From Selaginella moellendorffii (lineage: Eukaryota; Plantae; Lycopodiophyta), in assembly GCF_000143415.4 (NCBI RefSeq), contig NW_003314388.1:1-64000 (forward strand): 64,000 bases of DNA, read 5' to 3'. The notes beneath the pieces were generated by a model, which worked only from the letters and a program-made list of their open reading frames with translations, did no database searches and had not been told where the DNA came from. Of the stretch, positions 12,290 to 25,257 are shown in pieces (within the stretch, counting starts at the first letter, position 1; each line of letters begins with the position of its first letter). The position numbers and the translations under genes were made by a program.

Positions 12290-13560
12290 GCTAAAATCCA
12301 TTCAAGATCGAGAATTTGAGAGCATGTAATTAAATCGTTGTTATTGTAAACTTCTAGACTCGGAGACGCTCTGAGTGAGAGAACGAGTGCTGCTTGCCAT
12401 TCTTCTCTTCGCAAGCTACCTGGCCTGTGCTCAAACATCGGACGACATACGAAACTTGTACAGCTTGTCTAACGCATGTGTTTTGCTAATTGCTTACAAA
12501 AACAATTACCTTTACAAAGCAAAAGCAAAAGAAAGAGAAATAGATTTGGCATGATTGATGCCACTTTATACGACGTGCACCGTAGGGTTGCGTTGCAATC
12601 AGAGTATCTGATTTCATGTTTAAAGACAAGCAGCATGCCAAGCCACTGACTCATCTTTGCTAGCCACTTCCAAGTTGTCATTTGGATGTTGATTCATCAA
12701 CGACATTTGTTATAATTTCTGAGGGTATTCCATTTGCATGTGGCTTGTGGTTATGGCGAATAAATGCCCAAGGCAAAAAAAAAAAGAAAGAAAGAATAAA
12801 ACCTAGATATATTGTGAATGAATAGAATATTCATTCATATACTGTTTAGTCTCGGGGCGCTCACAAATGAAAGTCCGAGACCAAAAGATATAGAAATGCC
12901 GTTTTGGATGGATGTTTTCGAATATCATGGATAAATTCATATGAATTCTTGCCAAATTTGATCTCTTTGGACTTTTTGATAGAATAGAAGCGGTCAATGT
13001 CTAATTGAATGAAGGTGATGGTACAATCATATGGTATGAGTGATTGGCAAGATCAGCAATATAATGACCCCCTACCTGCTGCTGGCACCCTGCGATGCAT
13101 CGAGATGCTCCAAGAAATTTACCACCACCCAGACAAAAGGAGCTGTAAAAAGAAGTGGTAAAAAAGGAGATATGGAACCCTCTACCTCGTTGCCATCGTG
13201 CTGGATCCATAGGCTTGGCCCAGTTTTATATCTCCTGGCGAGCGAGCTGGACGCCAGGATCGAATAAGAAACGAGGTGAAATTGGATGAAGGAAAGGGTA
13301 GAAAAGATTTAAGGGTGTCCGTAGCGCTTTCGTTGAGTTTGTGCTTAACAAATTTTTAATGCTGGCTCGTACGATCGAAGAACATTACGTGCTAATCGCC
13401 AAAAGAATGGCAGAGGCCGTGAAAGCCTTGTCTGGAAGTTATGGGGGAGCCAAAGCCGGCCCGGATAGATGATTACGAGAATTGGGAAGCATTTTCACTG
13501 AGACGCTTTTTCTATATTCCTGTGCTGTAGATTTAGCTCCTTTAGCGGGATCAACACTTC
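12290..13560 (+). pseudogene. Relic third Roco copy: promoter plus internally deleted 5' coding pieces, split by an insertion of about 700 bp (about 12735-13434)
   Basis: 12290-12734 duplicates about 13570-13997. 13435-13560 carries ATGGGGGAGCCAAAG...GATGATTACGAGAAT and ...TATTCCTGTGCTGTAGATTTAG, which match copy-B alleles. Confidence 0.8.
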
Positions 13561-14004
13561 TTTTTTCGGACTAAAATCCATTCAATATCGAGAATCATGT
13601 AAGTAAATCGTTATTGTAAAATTCTAGACTCAGAGACGCTCCGAGTGAGAGAACGAGCTGCTGCTTGCCATTCTTCTCTTCGCAAGCTACCTGGCCTGTG
13701 CTCAAGCATCGGACGACATACGAAACTTGTACAGCTTGTCTAACGCATGTGCTTTGCTAATTGCTTACAAAAACAATTACCTTTACAAAGCAAAAGCAAA
13801 AGAAAGAGAAATAGATTTGGCATGATTGATGCCACTTTGTACGACGTGCACCGTAGGTCAGAGTTGGCATCTGATTTCATGTTTAAAGCCAAGCAACATC
13901 CCAAGCCACTGACTCATCTTTGCTAGCCACTTCCAAGTTGTCATTTGGATGTTGATTCATCGACGACATTTGTTGTAATTTCTGAGGGTATTCCATTGGA
14001 AGTT

Positions 14005-17000
14005 ATGGGGGAGCCAAAGCAGGCCCGGATAGATGAGTACGAGCATTTGCCAAGCATTCGCTCTGAGATGTGGAACCATTCGGTGTGGAATGTGAGGGAG
14101 CTGAAGGAACAGAGATACAGAGCAGCAAACTTCGATTCAGAAGACTTCGAAGGCTTGCGCGAGCTGCTGCTGCAGGAGGACAACACTCTGGAGCACGTAA
14201 TGCTGTCCTGCGAGGGCTACCACAAAGTAGAGGGGTTTCTAGAAGCAGCTGTGTCCAAGCTAAGCATCCTTCGCATTAGAAATTACAAATTTGGCGAGGA
14301 GGTGATTTGCAGCTTGGATGAAGCTATTGCTGATGCCAAGCACGAGAATATGCCAATCAAGCTCAAGACGCTTCTTCTAAATTCTTGTGTTGTAGATTTA
14401 GATGCTTTAGCAGGATCAACACTTCCAAAGTATTTAGAACGTCTGGAGCTTTATAATTGCCGTTGCTCGCGCAACCTGGAGAAGCTGCTGCAAGATCCAG
14501 CCTGCAAGATCTGGGAGCTGTCCCTCAATCAGAATGAATACTTGACTCCTGCCCTCTTCCAGGCTGGAACAAGTCTTCGGAAGCTTACGCTGGTCGACAT
14601 CCCAAATGATCAGGCTCTACTCAGCCAAATCTGCGGAGCAATAGAGGGCCTTGGAATTTCAAATGAGCCCAGCCGTCACGACATCTCCGTGCTGGCAGGT
14701 TGCATGAACAACAATGCCAACTCCAAGGTCTGGTTCCTGGAGTTAACACATTTAGATTTATCTTTCGCGCAGCTCGTGGGCCAGCTGCTGAAGAACCCAT
14801 ATTGCAAGCTTCGAAGTTTCTCCTTGTTACCTGGGGTAAAGGTGAGTGGTTTTTTCAACATGTTCGTCTTGATATTGACACTCATTTTCTTAAGCAGAAA
14901 GAAAGCCCCTCCTCACGTGACCTTCATCTTCTCAAGGAGTATCAAGATGCGATTCTCAGCAATTTGGAGGCCAACTACAGCAGCCGGATCCAGAGACTGC
15001 GCATTCGCGGGGAATGGGCTTCCAAACTGTTGGAGGACAGATGGTTGAGGGTGAAGTACCGGAATGCTCTATTTCAGAAGAGCCCCGTTCTTGCACAAAG
15101 CGCTCCAGTCACACCATCAACTGCCAAGCTGTTCATGTGCGGCCACACTGCCTCGGGCAAGACCACCATCTCCACCAATCTGGTCCGCCCCTATGCAGCC
15201 CTCTGGCAGTGTGTGAAACCGCCATGTCAGGATCATGCATCAACGGTGGGAATTGAGAGGAGGACTCTCAGATTGGGAGAGGGGAAGAAACTCCTGATTT
15301 ACGATCTGGGAGGCCAGGAGGTCTACCACGCTTTTCATCACTATTTCCTCAGGGGCAGCGACAAAGATCTCTTCATGGTGGTGTGCAAGGTTGGAGGTCC
15401 TGGAGGTGAGATGAAAGCTGAGCTCCAATACTGGCTTCGCTTCATAGCGGCCCACCAAACTGCAACACCAGCTAGGAAACCCACCATTTTCTTAGTACTC
15501 AACATCTTTGTTCGTGATTACCGTCTTTTCGAAGAAGCTCAAACAGCTGCGACGTCACTGTTCCTCGAGTATAAGGACAGGCTAGACTTTGTTCAGGGCC
15601 AACGTGATCATCACTATTTCGAGGTGAATGGGTTGAATGCTCGTCAGGTACAGAAGGAACTGAAGCCCAAGCTGGCAATAGCAGTGGGCGAAATGATCAA
15701 TGAAGTTCCTGTGATTCCCTGGACTTGTGATGAGGTTATCAGAAGGCGGGCTTCATCCACACCATGGTATCATATCCACACACGGGCACAAACAATTGTC
15801 CAGCAGAGGGTGGTCGACCTACATGAGATGTCCAAGGCTTGGTTCCAGGGGGAGAACGAAGTTCAGGCATTTGCTGCACAATACACATTCATCTGCCTAC
15901 ATGACATGGGAGAAGCTGTCTACTTTGGGGCAGATGACACATATCAAAACACGGATCCAAACGACAAGGAAGCTGCATTGATTGTCAACAATGCAGTTCT
16001 AGACATGCCATGGTTTCTCCACACTGTGTTAGGAATTTTCATTCCTAAGCAAGACAGAAACGATACGATGAAGTGGGGGGAACCCAAGTGGTCTGCTGCG
16101 AAAGCAGTACAAGAGCTCAAAACACTGGGGAGACTGCAGAGGGCAACATCTATTTCCTGCTCAAGCTGCTCTGTGAGATGGGGGTTCTCATTCCTGATGG
16201 CATGAGGAGCTGGGACATAAGGTGGTCAGAGCCACGAAATCGGCCAGAACACCTCATTGTGCCTGCATTATTGAGTGATGAGTTCACAGGATGGATTGAA
16301 AGCGAGCAAACATATGATTGTTGGGGTCGGAGATTGCAAGCAGACGACACTATGAAGGGCTTCGTTCTTCTCCCATCAGGTAATTATGCTTTGACTTGTT
16401 GGATTGGACTAATACTGATTGAAAGCAGGACTATTTGCGGTTATTCAAGCCAAGGTGAAGGAAATGTGTGACAGATGGGGCCATGGAAGTAAGATTGGTG
16501 CTGGTTGGGTTTCCTTCCAAGAGGATCTCATTCAAGTTCTGGTGACTATTGGTGGGGATTATAAGCATTGGACAGATCGGCAATGGGTGGATATTATGTT
16601 GATGGTGCCCAAGGAGGAAAAGAGGGGACTCAAAGGGGAGCAGTTCATGAAGGAGATACGAGATTGTGTAATAAAGGAAACTAATAGGGCCTGTCCTTTC
16701 ATCAAGCTTGAAGAACATGTTTTGAATCCAGGGAAGGTAAGACAGTTTGGAAAAGCATCAGGACAACAGGGGTCATGCAGCAAGAGCTCTCGGGCACTGC
16801 AAGAAGTTAAAAAGATGGTAGCTAGGGAGGGGTTTGATTATCATTTTACTTGGGATTTTGGTGACTCCACTAGTGCCATGGAACTCTTGATGCAAAGTGA
16901 AGTCAACGAGATTATTCAGCGATGTAAGGGTGTTATTGAAGAGGTTGTCACAGAATACAACCAGCACATAGTGCCAGTGTATCAAAACCAGCAGCAACAG

Positions 17001-17747
17001 CTTGTGCAGGTCGAGATCCCAAAGTTTGAAAGTGAAGACATGAACAAGCTTGCCAACTTTTGCTATCAATTACACAAGCATCAAGAGAAATCTATGCAGG
17101 GGATTCATTTATATATGGAGGACTTTAAGGTCTCCATAACAGATATCAAAGAATCTTTACAGAAGCTGCAAAAGGGCCTGAAGGACACAGAAAACGCATT
17201 GATCAAGAGCTGCTCATCACTGTTGGAATCCATTAAGCTGGAGTGTCCTAAACTCCCGCACCTTACAATGGAGTCAAATCTGTTGCTCAAATATTCACCA
17301 CTGATTGGGAAACGAGCAAATATTAGCTACTTATGTGAGCATCCAAGCGGCTGTCACCCAGTTGATTTGAAGAAGTACCCAGGAGTACCAATCACTATCC
17401 CAAATCAATGGTTCAAAAAGTATCGCAACGTCTTCGTCCCAGGCATCACAATGTGTTTCACCCTTGCAAAGCTCGGTAAAGTGGCATTGCCTGTGGGAGG
17501 GGAGCTGGTCGGCACCTTGATTGAGCTTGGTGCAAATGGCTTGAAGGCTACAATCGACTCCTGCTTTGAAGGCGATCTCAATAACAGGTTGCAACCAGCA
17601 TCAAAAGATGACATTATGGAGTTGTTTGAGTACGTGAAAAAGAATTCACCTCAACGATATGGCGAGGACCGAATCTTGATGATGAAGAAGTGCTTTGGAC
17701 TCGTCAAAAGTCCAAGTGGCTGGGTCTGTGAAGATCACTATTATTGA
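14005..17747 (+). pseudogene. TORNADO1-like Roco (LRR-Roc-COR) gene copy A, with a 1-nt frameshift
   Basis: LRR-like N-terminus, P-loop GHTASGKTT (15141), G3 DLGGQ (15303), COR-like region, coiled coil and C-terminal CEH motif. Introns 14842-14897 and 16380-16428 splice in frame. One base is missing at about 16127-16130 relative to copy B. Confidence 0.8.
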
Positions 17748-18499
17748 AGAAGAAGGGCACAGGCTTAGTAAAACTACTAAAATGCAGAAGCAGTGAAGTG
17801 AAGGAATTTTTATTCAAAGAAAGAAAACAAAAGAAAGCAGCTAAGTTCTGGGCGAAATGTTTGGAACGATATGCCTGGGTTATCCACAAGGTTATAGTTC
17901 ATATATTGTATGTCTAGAGCTCATATAATCCATCTGCTGTCCAGGGAAGTTAGAGATCAAACCTTAAGACCTCTCTCCACACCATCGGACACTCCAAAGT
18001 TTCCACAAAGCAACGGTGCAAGTCCTACGATTCAGCCCCTGTGCACGCATGAGCGTAGCATGTAAGTAAAAAATTCTCATTGAAAATTCTAGACTAGGGA
18101 AAGAGCTTTCTGCTTGGCCATTCTTCTCCTCCAGCCTCCTGGCCTGTGCTCCAGGATCAGACGGGGTGATCCAGGCCGGGAACATGTTCGTGTCGGGTCA
18201 TGTTTCCTCGGGTCGTCGTTGGGAAGGAGAGCTGTGGGGATCGCCACGTTTAACGGGCAGAATCCGGGGACTTCGAGGTTGCAAAGGCGGTCTTTGCTTC
18301 CAGGCCGGACGTGAGCGACGATGTAATTACCAAGGCGTTCCAAGTCTCGGATCCCGAGCTTGTGAGCGAGCTCAGGAAACTCATCAAGTAGACTTGAGTC
18401 ACCTTAGATATGATTGTCTGGAAAAAAAAAACATTCACAAACAGAAGGACCTGTGTAAAAACGCTCTCAGAACTTCCTTTCCTAATATTTTACTTTTCT

Positions 18500-18862
18500 G
18501 TGGTTTAGGGCTCGTGGCTCTGGAGTGGAGCGAATGGCGCTCGCCGGTAAGCTCCTCCCGCCCGAGCAAGCCAATGGAAGGGCCTACATTGCCACGGATT
18601 CCAGGGACGTAGAGGGCGACGATGGGGAAGTACTCTCCCATTGTTTGGGACCTTGACGACGGCAGGAAATCTGTACCTGCGCCGCCCTTGTCTATATTCT
18701 CCGAGGCGGCTGCTGCTGGAAAGGATGAAACACAGCCGATTGCCAACCGATGTGCTTTCCAGCGGTGGTGGTGACAAGACAAATCCGGGAGCCGAGATGA
18801 GGAGCAGCGGTACGAGCAGGAACTTAACGAGAAAGAGCTTGTGGAACTTAGCGACAACGAGG
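18500..18862 (+). pseudogene. CDKG 5' fragment (direct copy of about 44066-44530, with deletions)
   Basis: Shares GGGCCTACATTGCCACGGATTCC...GAGCTTGTGGAACTTAGCGAC with the CDKG first exon. Confidence 0.85.
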
Positions 18863-18869
18863 TATGGAG

Positions 18870-20344
18870 CTTACCGATACTTTGCTGACGACTGCGAAGC
18901 TCAGGCATAAATCGAGTGGAGCTTCATGTGGTGGAATGGAAGGTAAATGCTTAAGCTGCAGAATAACAGGAGCATGATCTGAACCATCCAGTTTTAAGCT
19001 TCTCCCACCACTCCATCTCCCATAGAGAAACATCAACACTGGCAACAACTAGTCTGTCTTTTTGGCGCACCTCGGAACGCTTAAAACTTGAGAAGAATGT
19101 CACACATATCTGTTCCACACTTTGCAAATCCGTCACAGGTACTATTGTCATGCGATCCATCAGTAGCCCGACAATGTCCAGTGCAGGGACCGGCAATAAG
19201 AACATGATCAATGCGACTGCCGTAGTTAAACATGCCTGAGACCAGTAAGCCTCTGCTCTGGACAAGATACTAATAAGCACGTATGATTTGCCCAGACAAA
19301 AACCGTGAACAGTTACCTTTCAGGATGAAACACGCGAAACGCGTCTGAAAACGCACCACCCTCACTCACCAGCAATGATGTAAGCCATTGACGGCTCATG
19401 TTAAAATGAACATGCTAGAAAGTACTAGAAATCAGTGAGTGATTTACGGATTGGTATCAAATTTTGGGCCAACATGAATCAATAGGATATGAAGAAATGT
19501 TCAAGTCCCCCACGATAATAATCCTCCTGCCTTGTTTTATGACGCTTTCCAGCCTACACTGCGAAGGAAGAAAAAGTTTGACAACAAACAGCAACGCATC
19601 TGTCAATACCTGTAACACTTTCAGCTTAAAGTCCTGCCGTTCAGCATCTCCACAGCCAACATTAGGACCATAGATATTGAAGAGTACTAGGTAGAAAGAA
19701 TCCATCAACAAACAGAAGAGAACAATCAGTGCGAATGAAAGCGAGGAAGCTCCATACCAAAATGCCCGTGATCCGTGACGATGCATCGGCCTTCGTTGTC
19801 CAAATCGAGAAGTTCCTGCCTCGTAAATCCTTCCACGGTTAGAACTGGATCGTAGCTTCCAAGCCAGAACTCTTTGTCACCTTCACCAGCTCTGGCACTA
19901 GTCAAGGGACCCGTAAAGCCTTCCTCGGCAGCCACAGGCAACGCTACATTGTTGCCACACTCCACCTTGCAAAACGTAGCCACACCTGACCAGCAATGCG
20001 CTTTATTCCGATTCCAAGGATGAAGAAAAGTTCTAAATCGCAAAGTCTCTACCCAGTCCAACAATGCAAAACAATACCCGAGGCAGCCTTTCTTCACGGT
20101 GCGCGTGCAAGAGAAGAAGGATTCGGATATTGCTGTGGCAATATCCGCGGTGAGCTCCTGCCTGCGGATCTTAGTCTCCTAGCTCGAGAGCAAAGAACAA
20201 ATCAGCAACAACAATCCAAAATCCAATCCAAATCACCTGGAGGCAGATGATGTTTGCGTCGAGCGAGTCCAAGAAGGCGCGCAGCGATCTCGCTGGAGAC
20301 AATCGCGCTCTCAGTCCATTCACATTGTAGCTCACGATCCTCAT
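18870..20344 (-). pseudogene. APE2 truncated inverted copy
   Basis: Mirror of 31863-33420 ([15 protein letters not shown]...) with deletions and frameshifts; lacks the C-terminal zf-GRF exons. Confidence 0.9.
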
Positions 20345-20471
20345 TTCCCCGCCCAGCAACGGAGGAGCTCAAACGAAATAGGGCAAAAGCAATCTTATAG
20401 TCTATCAAAGAGTTATACTCCAATCTATAGTAGTTAACAAGGAATAGAATACAATGTATTTGTCAAGTAGC

Positions 20472-21290
20472 TTACACTGGCACTGGCGAGGAGCTCGACT
20501 GCTTGGACATGAGATACGCTGTGAGAAGTGGCTCCAACTTCCCGTCCATGATTCCACTGATATCCGACGTCTCCACGTTTGTTCTCAAATCCATGACGAG
20601 CTTGTAAGGATGGAAGACGTAGTTTCTTATTTGCTGCCCCCACTCCGCCTTGACGACGTCCCCTCGAATCTCTTTGATCTCGGCAGCCCTTTGGTCCTCG
20701 AGAATCACCAGGAGCTTGGATTTGAGCAGCACGATTGCTTTTATCTTGTTCTGGAGTTGGCTTCTTTTCTCTAGAAACATGAAGAATGTTTTAGAGCACT
20801 GCGCTGTTACATCGTTTCATGTACCTGAGCAGCGAAGAGCAATCCCGGTTGGAATGTGCGTGACACGAACAGCAGTCTCGACCATGTTTACGTTCTGCCC
20901 GCCTTTGCCTCCAGATCTACACAAGGTCGCCTTCGGGTCTCCACCTCGATCTCGCTCTCTGCATTATTGGAAAATGGATCTTGACACGCCGGGGATTGAA
21001 CCCAGGACCACCACTGAGCTACCTGCCCTGGTTGTGTGCTGTTCAGCTTAGTTCTAACATGCATCACTTCTACTCCTGCAAAGCTCGTCTGTGAAGAGAA
21101 GCAAACGTTGAGACAAGAGTTTTGATAAAACGACCGTTTGGCTCACCTGTCGGAGACCTTTAGAGTTGAAAGGCAATTGTCTCACCAGCCTGTGCGTGCC
21201 TTTCTCTCCGGAGATATAACCATACGCATATCTCCCGTCGATCTCGAGTGTGGCCGATTTGATCCCAGCTTCCTCGCCAGGAGAACTCTC
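20472..21290 (-). pseudogene. prfB 3' fragment, inverted copy
   Basis: Mirror of about 30985-31721. N-terminus absent, SPF motif changed to LPF, and an insertion near 20960-21060. Confidence 0.9.
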
Positions 21291-21329
21291 CCCCACATGT
21301 ATTAACCATGGAACTATCTCAAGCAACTT

Positions 21330-22085
21330 ACACCAGCACTCGATTGCTTGGACATGAGATATGCTGTGAGAAGTGGCTCCAAATTCCCACCCATGATGAC
21401 ACTGATGTCCGACGTTTCCGTGTTTGTTCTCAAATCCTGTAAGGATGGAAGACGTAGTTTCTTATTTGCTGCCCCCACTCCGCCTTGACAACGTCTCCTT
21501 GGCTTCTCTCGAACTCGAAGAAAGTTTTAGAGCGCTAGATCTCTAGAAACATTGTTTCATGTAACTTAGAAGCGAAGAGCAATCTGTTGGAATGTGCGTG
21601 ACACGAACAGCAGTCTCGACCTTGTTTACGTTCTGCCCGCGTTTGCCTCCAGATAATCTCAAGGTCTTTTTCGGGTATCTCCGCCTCGATCTCGCTCTCT
21701 TCCAGCATCATTTCTACTCCTGTAAAGCTCGTCTGTGAAGAGAAGCAACCGTTGAGACAGGAGTTTCGATGAAACTAAAGATTGTGTCGTAGACCTTTAG
21801 AGTTGAAGGCGATTGTCTCACGATGAGCCTGTAGATGCGTTGTTTTACATACATTTCAGCACAGGATTGAGCTGAGATGCTTCTAAGGATGTACAAGCGA
21901 TGGGTTACCAGTCAGGCCTTAAGTGGACTGTGGTGGAGAGTTCTCTAGGTGAGGAAGCTGGGATTAAATGGGCCACACTCGGTATGATTATATCTCTGGA
22001 GAGGCATCTCAAACCTTGGAAATAGATATCAGCAGACACTGTTCGGTTCAGTCAGCGCCTGCAATAATAGTGATCCGAGCTTGTT
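21330..22085 (-). pseudogene. Second, more degenerate prfB fragment (mirror of about 40240-40960)
   Basis: Shares the deletions and internal inversion of the 40.2-41.0 kb copy. Confidence 0.85.
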
Positions 22086-23175
22086 ATATATTGGACAGAC
22101 TAGCAATTTTTTGATCTTTCCCCTAAGCATTTCTTCAAGTTCATCAAGCCAATTGTGTATAATATTGGCTGGCTTACTGTGTGAATTTCTCTTATTTGTA
22201 ACAAATTGCTGTTGACTAAAAGGAATGACAAAGAGAAGCAGTACATCAGAGGTCTACTAGCAACAATTTGCACCGGAAATCGTTGCTGTTCTTAACCTCC
22301 AGAACCTCTGGAGCAATGGATCTGATTTGGTTTGATATACGAAGTTTTCCTTGGCAGTGGTGGATTTTGCTGGGGAGGGTCATAAAACTTGTATCCAACT
22401 CTAGATTCTAGAATTATGGAAGAGCCGGGAGGACAAGAAACAGGATCAAAGCGGCTTAGCTGAAGCACTACCTGGATGAAAAGGTACGATTTCACACTCT
22501 CGTCACCTTGCAGTCAGCACAGCCTGATATAAGTTCAAGAAGACGGCGGCGTAGCTATACGTAGAAGTTTACCGTCTCTCTCTCCCTTCCGTCCACGTAA
22601 AAACTTTCCCTTCCAGGCTCCAGGAAAAGGTTCGTGGACCATGTCTACTAAAGCTCAGAAATCTTGTGTGTCTATTTCTTCCAGGGAAAGGAATCACGCG
22701 GGCGTCCAATCACAAACAAACAGCTCGACCAAAAACAGTGGCTAAGAAACTCTCGTATCAATCTAGCACTTTTTGATGTGTTTGATTTTGCGTGAATGCC
22801 CAGAACTTCGAAGGCAAAAAATATCATGTCCTGCAAACCCAATCGCGACACATTTTACTTTTAATCGAGACTTTCGAGCCAAAGTGCGGCCCAATGCGGC
22901 GCTGTGGTGATTTTTCGATAGCTAGCACACATTTCTCGCGGATTTTCTTCCCGAAAACACGTCCTCCACCTCCTTTTGTTCTTGATTGTTTGTTTCCAGC
23001 CAGCCAAGCCAGCGTCTTGTTAGACTTCTCGTCCGTTTAAATGTCAACACAATGGTGGCGACTTTTGTGGAACTTCTCTTTTCCCGTGCTAGATCCTTAT
23101 CTCCGGGTGAGATTCCTCTTAACACCTGTGTTCTCCAGGCTCGGGATCTTTCGTCGTCAGGGAGGAGCTTCAATC

Positions 23176-24513
23176 ATGAAGTGCTTGGCGCTCTTCAAAC
23201 ATCTCAAGTCTGGCTCCAAGGCGAAGGAACCACTGGACAAGTTCTCATCATCTAGCACGAGCGGTAGTAGCTGCAACAGCGGCAGCAAATTATCGTCGCG
23301 ATCAAGCAGCCGAGACGATCGCAGCTCGGCCTCCTCGTCTTCCTCCTCGTCTTCCAGGTGCGATCGCAGAGCTAATTTGGAGTGTGTAACAAGCTTTCCC
23401 GGCGATCAAGCCGTGGCTATGGCACTCGCCTCCACCGAAGGGGAGCACTGTTTCCTTTACGTGTCATCAAACACTTCCAGCTCCCGGCGGATCGACGTGC
23501 TCGACTGTAGCAGCAGGGAATTGTCCACAGTTGGCAGCCTTGCTCCCAAAACCCCACCGGTGAGAGCAATCCTCGCGAGCGGCGCCAGAGTTTTCACCGC
23601 CCATCGCGATATGAAGATCAGAGTGTGGACGAGAAGGATCGCCGAGAGCCAGGACGAGCTCATGGTCGTCAAGCACGAGCTCTCCGCAACGCTACCAAGC
23701 CTCCAGGATAGAATGTGTTTCCGATCGCTTTCCATGAGTCGCGACCGCGACCACCACCACCACCACCACCATAGCCATCGCCTTCCAAGACGAAGACGAC
23801 GATCAGACGCCTCGGACTCCACCAAGCTCGTCCAGCACAGGGACGCCATCTCGGGGCTAGCAATCAGTCCTTCTGGGAAGATCCTCTACTCGGGATCCTG
23901 GGACAAGACCATCAAGGTGTGGAGGATCGCCGCATCCTCCAGCTCCTCCTCCATCGCCATCAAGTGCGTGGAATCCTTCACGGCTCACGACGACGCAGTG
24001 AATGCGCTCGCGGTGGCTTCTTGTGATGGCGATGGATTGACGACACTCTACTCGGCCTCCGCCAGCGGCGAGATCAGAGCCTGGGAGTCATCAGATCACC
24101 GCAAGATCAAGCACCGCCTCGCCGCCAGCTTCCACGATCACTCTTCGGCCGTCAACGCATTGCTGCTCAGCCGCGATTCTACTCTCCTCTACTCGGGATC
24201 GGGCGACAAGACCGTGAGAGTGTGGGCGCGATCGAACGAGAATCTCCACGATCTGAGGGTGGTGGAGATCCTGAGAGGGCACAGGCGAGCGGTGCTGTGC
24301 CTGGCGGCGACCATCGACGGCGAGCTCCTGTGCAGCGGCTCCGCGGACAAGAGCGTGAGGATCTGGCGGGGCCATTGCTGCGTGGCCGCGCTGGATTTGC
24401 ACTGTGCGCCCGTGAAATCGCTCGCCATGGCCCGCGATCTCGAGAGCTCCTCCTACACTGTCTATAGTAGCGCCCTAGACGGGAATTTTAAAATCTATAC
24501 CGCTTTGCCCTAA
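23176..24513 (+). CDS. Intronless WD40-repeat protein, JINGUBANG-like
   Basis: WD motifs LYSGSWDKTIKVW, LYSGSGDKTVRVW, LCSGSADKSVRIW and FTAHRDMKIRVW. Likely start MKCLALF at 23176; an upstream ATG at 23041 is possible. Confidence 0.85.
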   Translation: MKCLALFKHLKSGSKAKEPLDKFSSSSTSGSSCNSGSKLSSRSSSRDDRSSASSSSSSSSRCDRRANLECVTSFPGDQAVAMALASTEGEHCFLYVSSNTSSSRRIDVLDCSSRELSTVGSLAPKTPPVRAILASGARVFTAHRDMKIRVWTRRIAESQDELMVVKHELSATLPSLQDRMCFRSLSMSRDRDHHHHHHHSHRLPRRRRRSDASDSTKLVQHRDAISGLAISPSGKILYSGSWDKTIKVWRIAASSSSSSIAIKCVESFTAHDDAVNALAVASCDGDGLTTLYSASASGEIRAWESSDHRKIKHRLAASFHDHSSAVNALLLSRDSTLLYSGSGDKTVRVWARSNENLHDLRVVEILRGHRRAVLCLAATIDGELLCSGSADKSVRIWRGHCCVAALDLHCAPVKSLAMARDLESSSYTVYSSALDGNFKIYTALP

Positions 24514-24546
24514 AACGCGCAGAGCTCCCTTTACTACCGTCGGATA

Positions 24547-24568
24547 TAGGGTTAGAGTTTTAGGGTTT
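24547..24568. promoter_or_regulatory. Telo-box motifs (TAGGGTTA / TTAGGGTTT) upstream of RPL37
   Basis: AAACCCTA-type motif on the minus strand just before the ATG, typical of plant ribosomal-protein promoters. Confidence 0.7.
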
Positions 24569-24585
24569 GTGGGCGGCTCGCGGCT

Positions 24586-25143
24586 ATGGTAATGCTCCTC
24601 TTTCGCGTCCTCCGCTCGTCTTGATTCTTCTCGATTCGTGTTCTTCCAGGGCAAGGGAACCGGGAGCTTCGGCAAGCGCCGGAACAAGTCGCACACGCTC
24701 TGCCGTCGCTGCGGCCGGCGCAGCTTCCACATCCAGAAGGCCAGATGCGCGGCGTGTGCCTACCCTGCCAAGCGCATCCGAAAATGTGAGAAGAGTTCTT
24801 CTCCCTTGTTCTTGGTGGATCCGCGAGCTCACGAAATCTCGAAATCTCTCGTGTGTAGATAACTGGAGCGAGAAGGCGATCCGGCGCAAGACCACTGGAA
24901 CCGGGCGGATGAGGTACCTGCGCCATCTCCCCAGGCGATTCAAGAGCAACTTCAGAGAAGGTACTACTGCTAGCGCATCCATTTCAGTGTCATCGGTGTC
25001 TAGCCGGGGCTAATGAAAGAGGATTTGCCGCTTGCCACGGATTGATCGATCGATCGACCAATATGTGTTCTAAGCTCGTTCTTCTTGCTTTTTCCCTAGG
25101 AGAGCCTCTCCAGAAGAAAGCTCCAGCGTCCGCGGCCACATAG
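24586..25143 (+). CDS. RPL37: 60S ribosomal protein L37 (exons 24586-24588, 24650-24785, 24859-24960, 25100-25143)
   Basis: M|[45 protein letters not shown]|[22 protein letters not shown]...; GT-AG introns. Confidence 0.95.
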
Positions 25144-25257
25144 AGAAGCGCTCGAGCACCCATGAATCGATCAAGCAGGCATTTTGGTTACATCTGAGAT
25201 TTCTTTCTAGGTGCCAAACACTAAGAAAAACTTTTTCTCTACGAGCGTGTCTCTCTC

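Noticed and set aside
12469-12681. Repeated ORF MTTWKWLAKMSQW... (also 39725-39931)
   Set aside because: It is antisense to the duplicated Roco upstream region and disrupted in the 13.7-13.9 kb copy; its recurrence is explained by duplication.
24961-25099. Intronic snoRNA in the last RPL37 intron
   Set aside because: No convincing C (RUGAUGA) or D (CUGA) boxes, or H/ACA layout, are visible.
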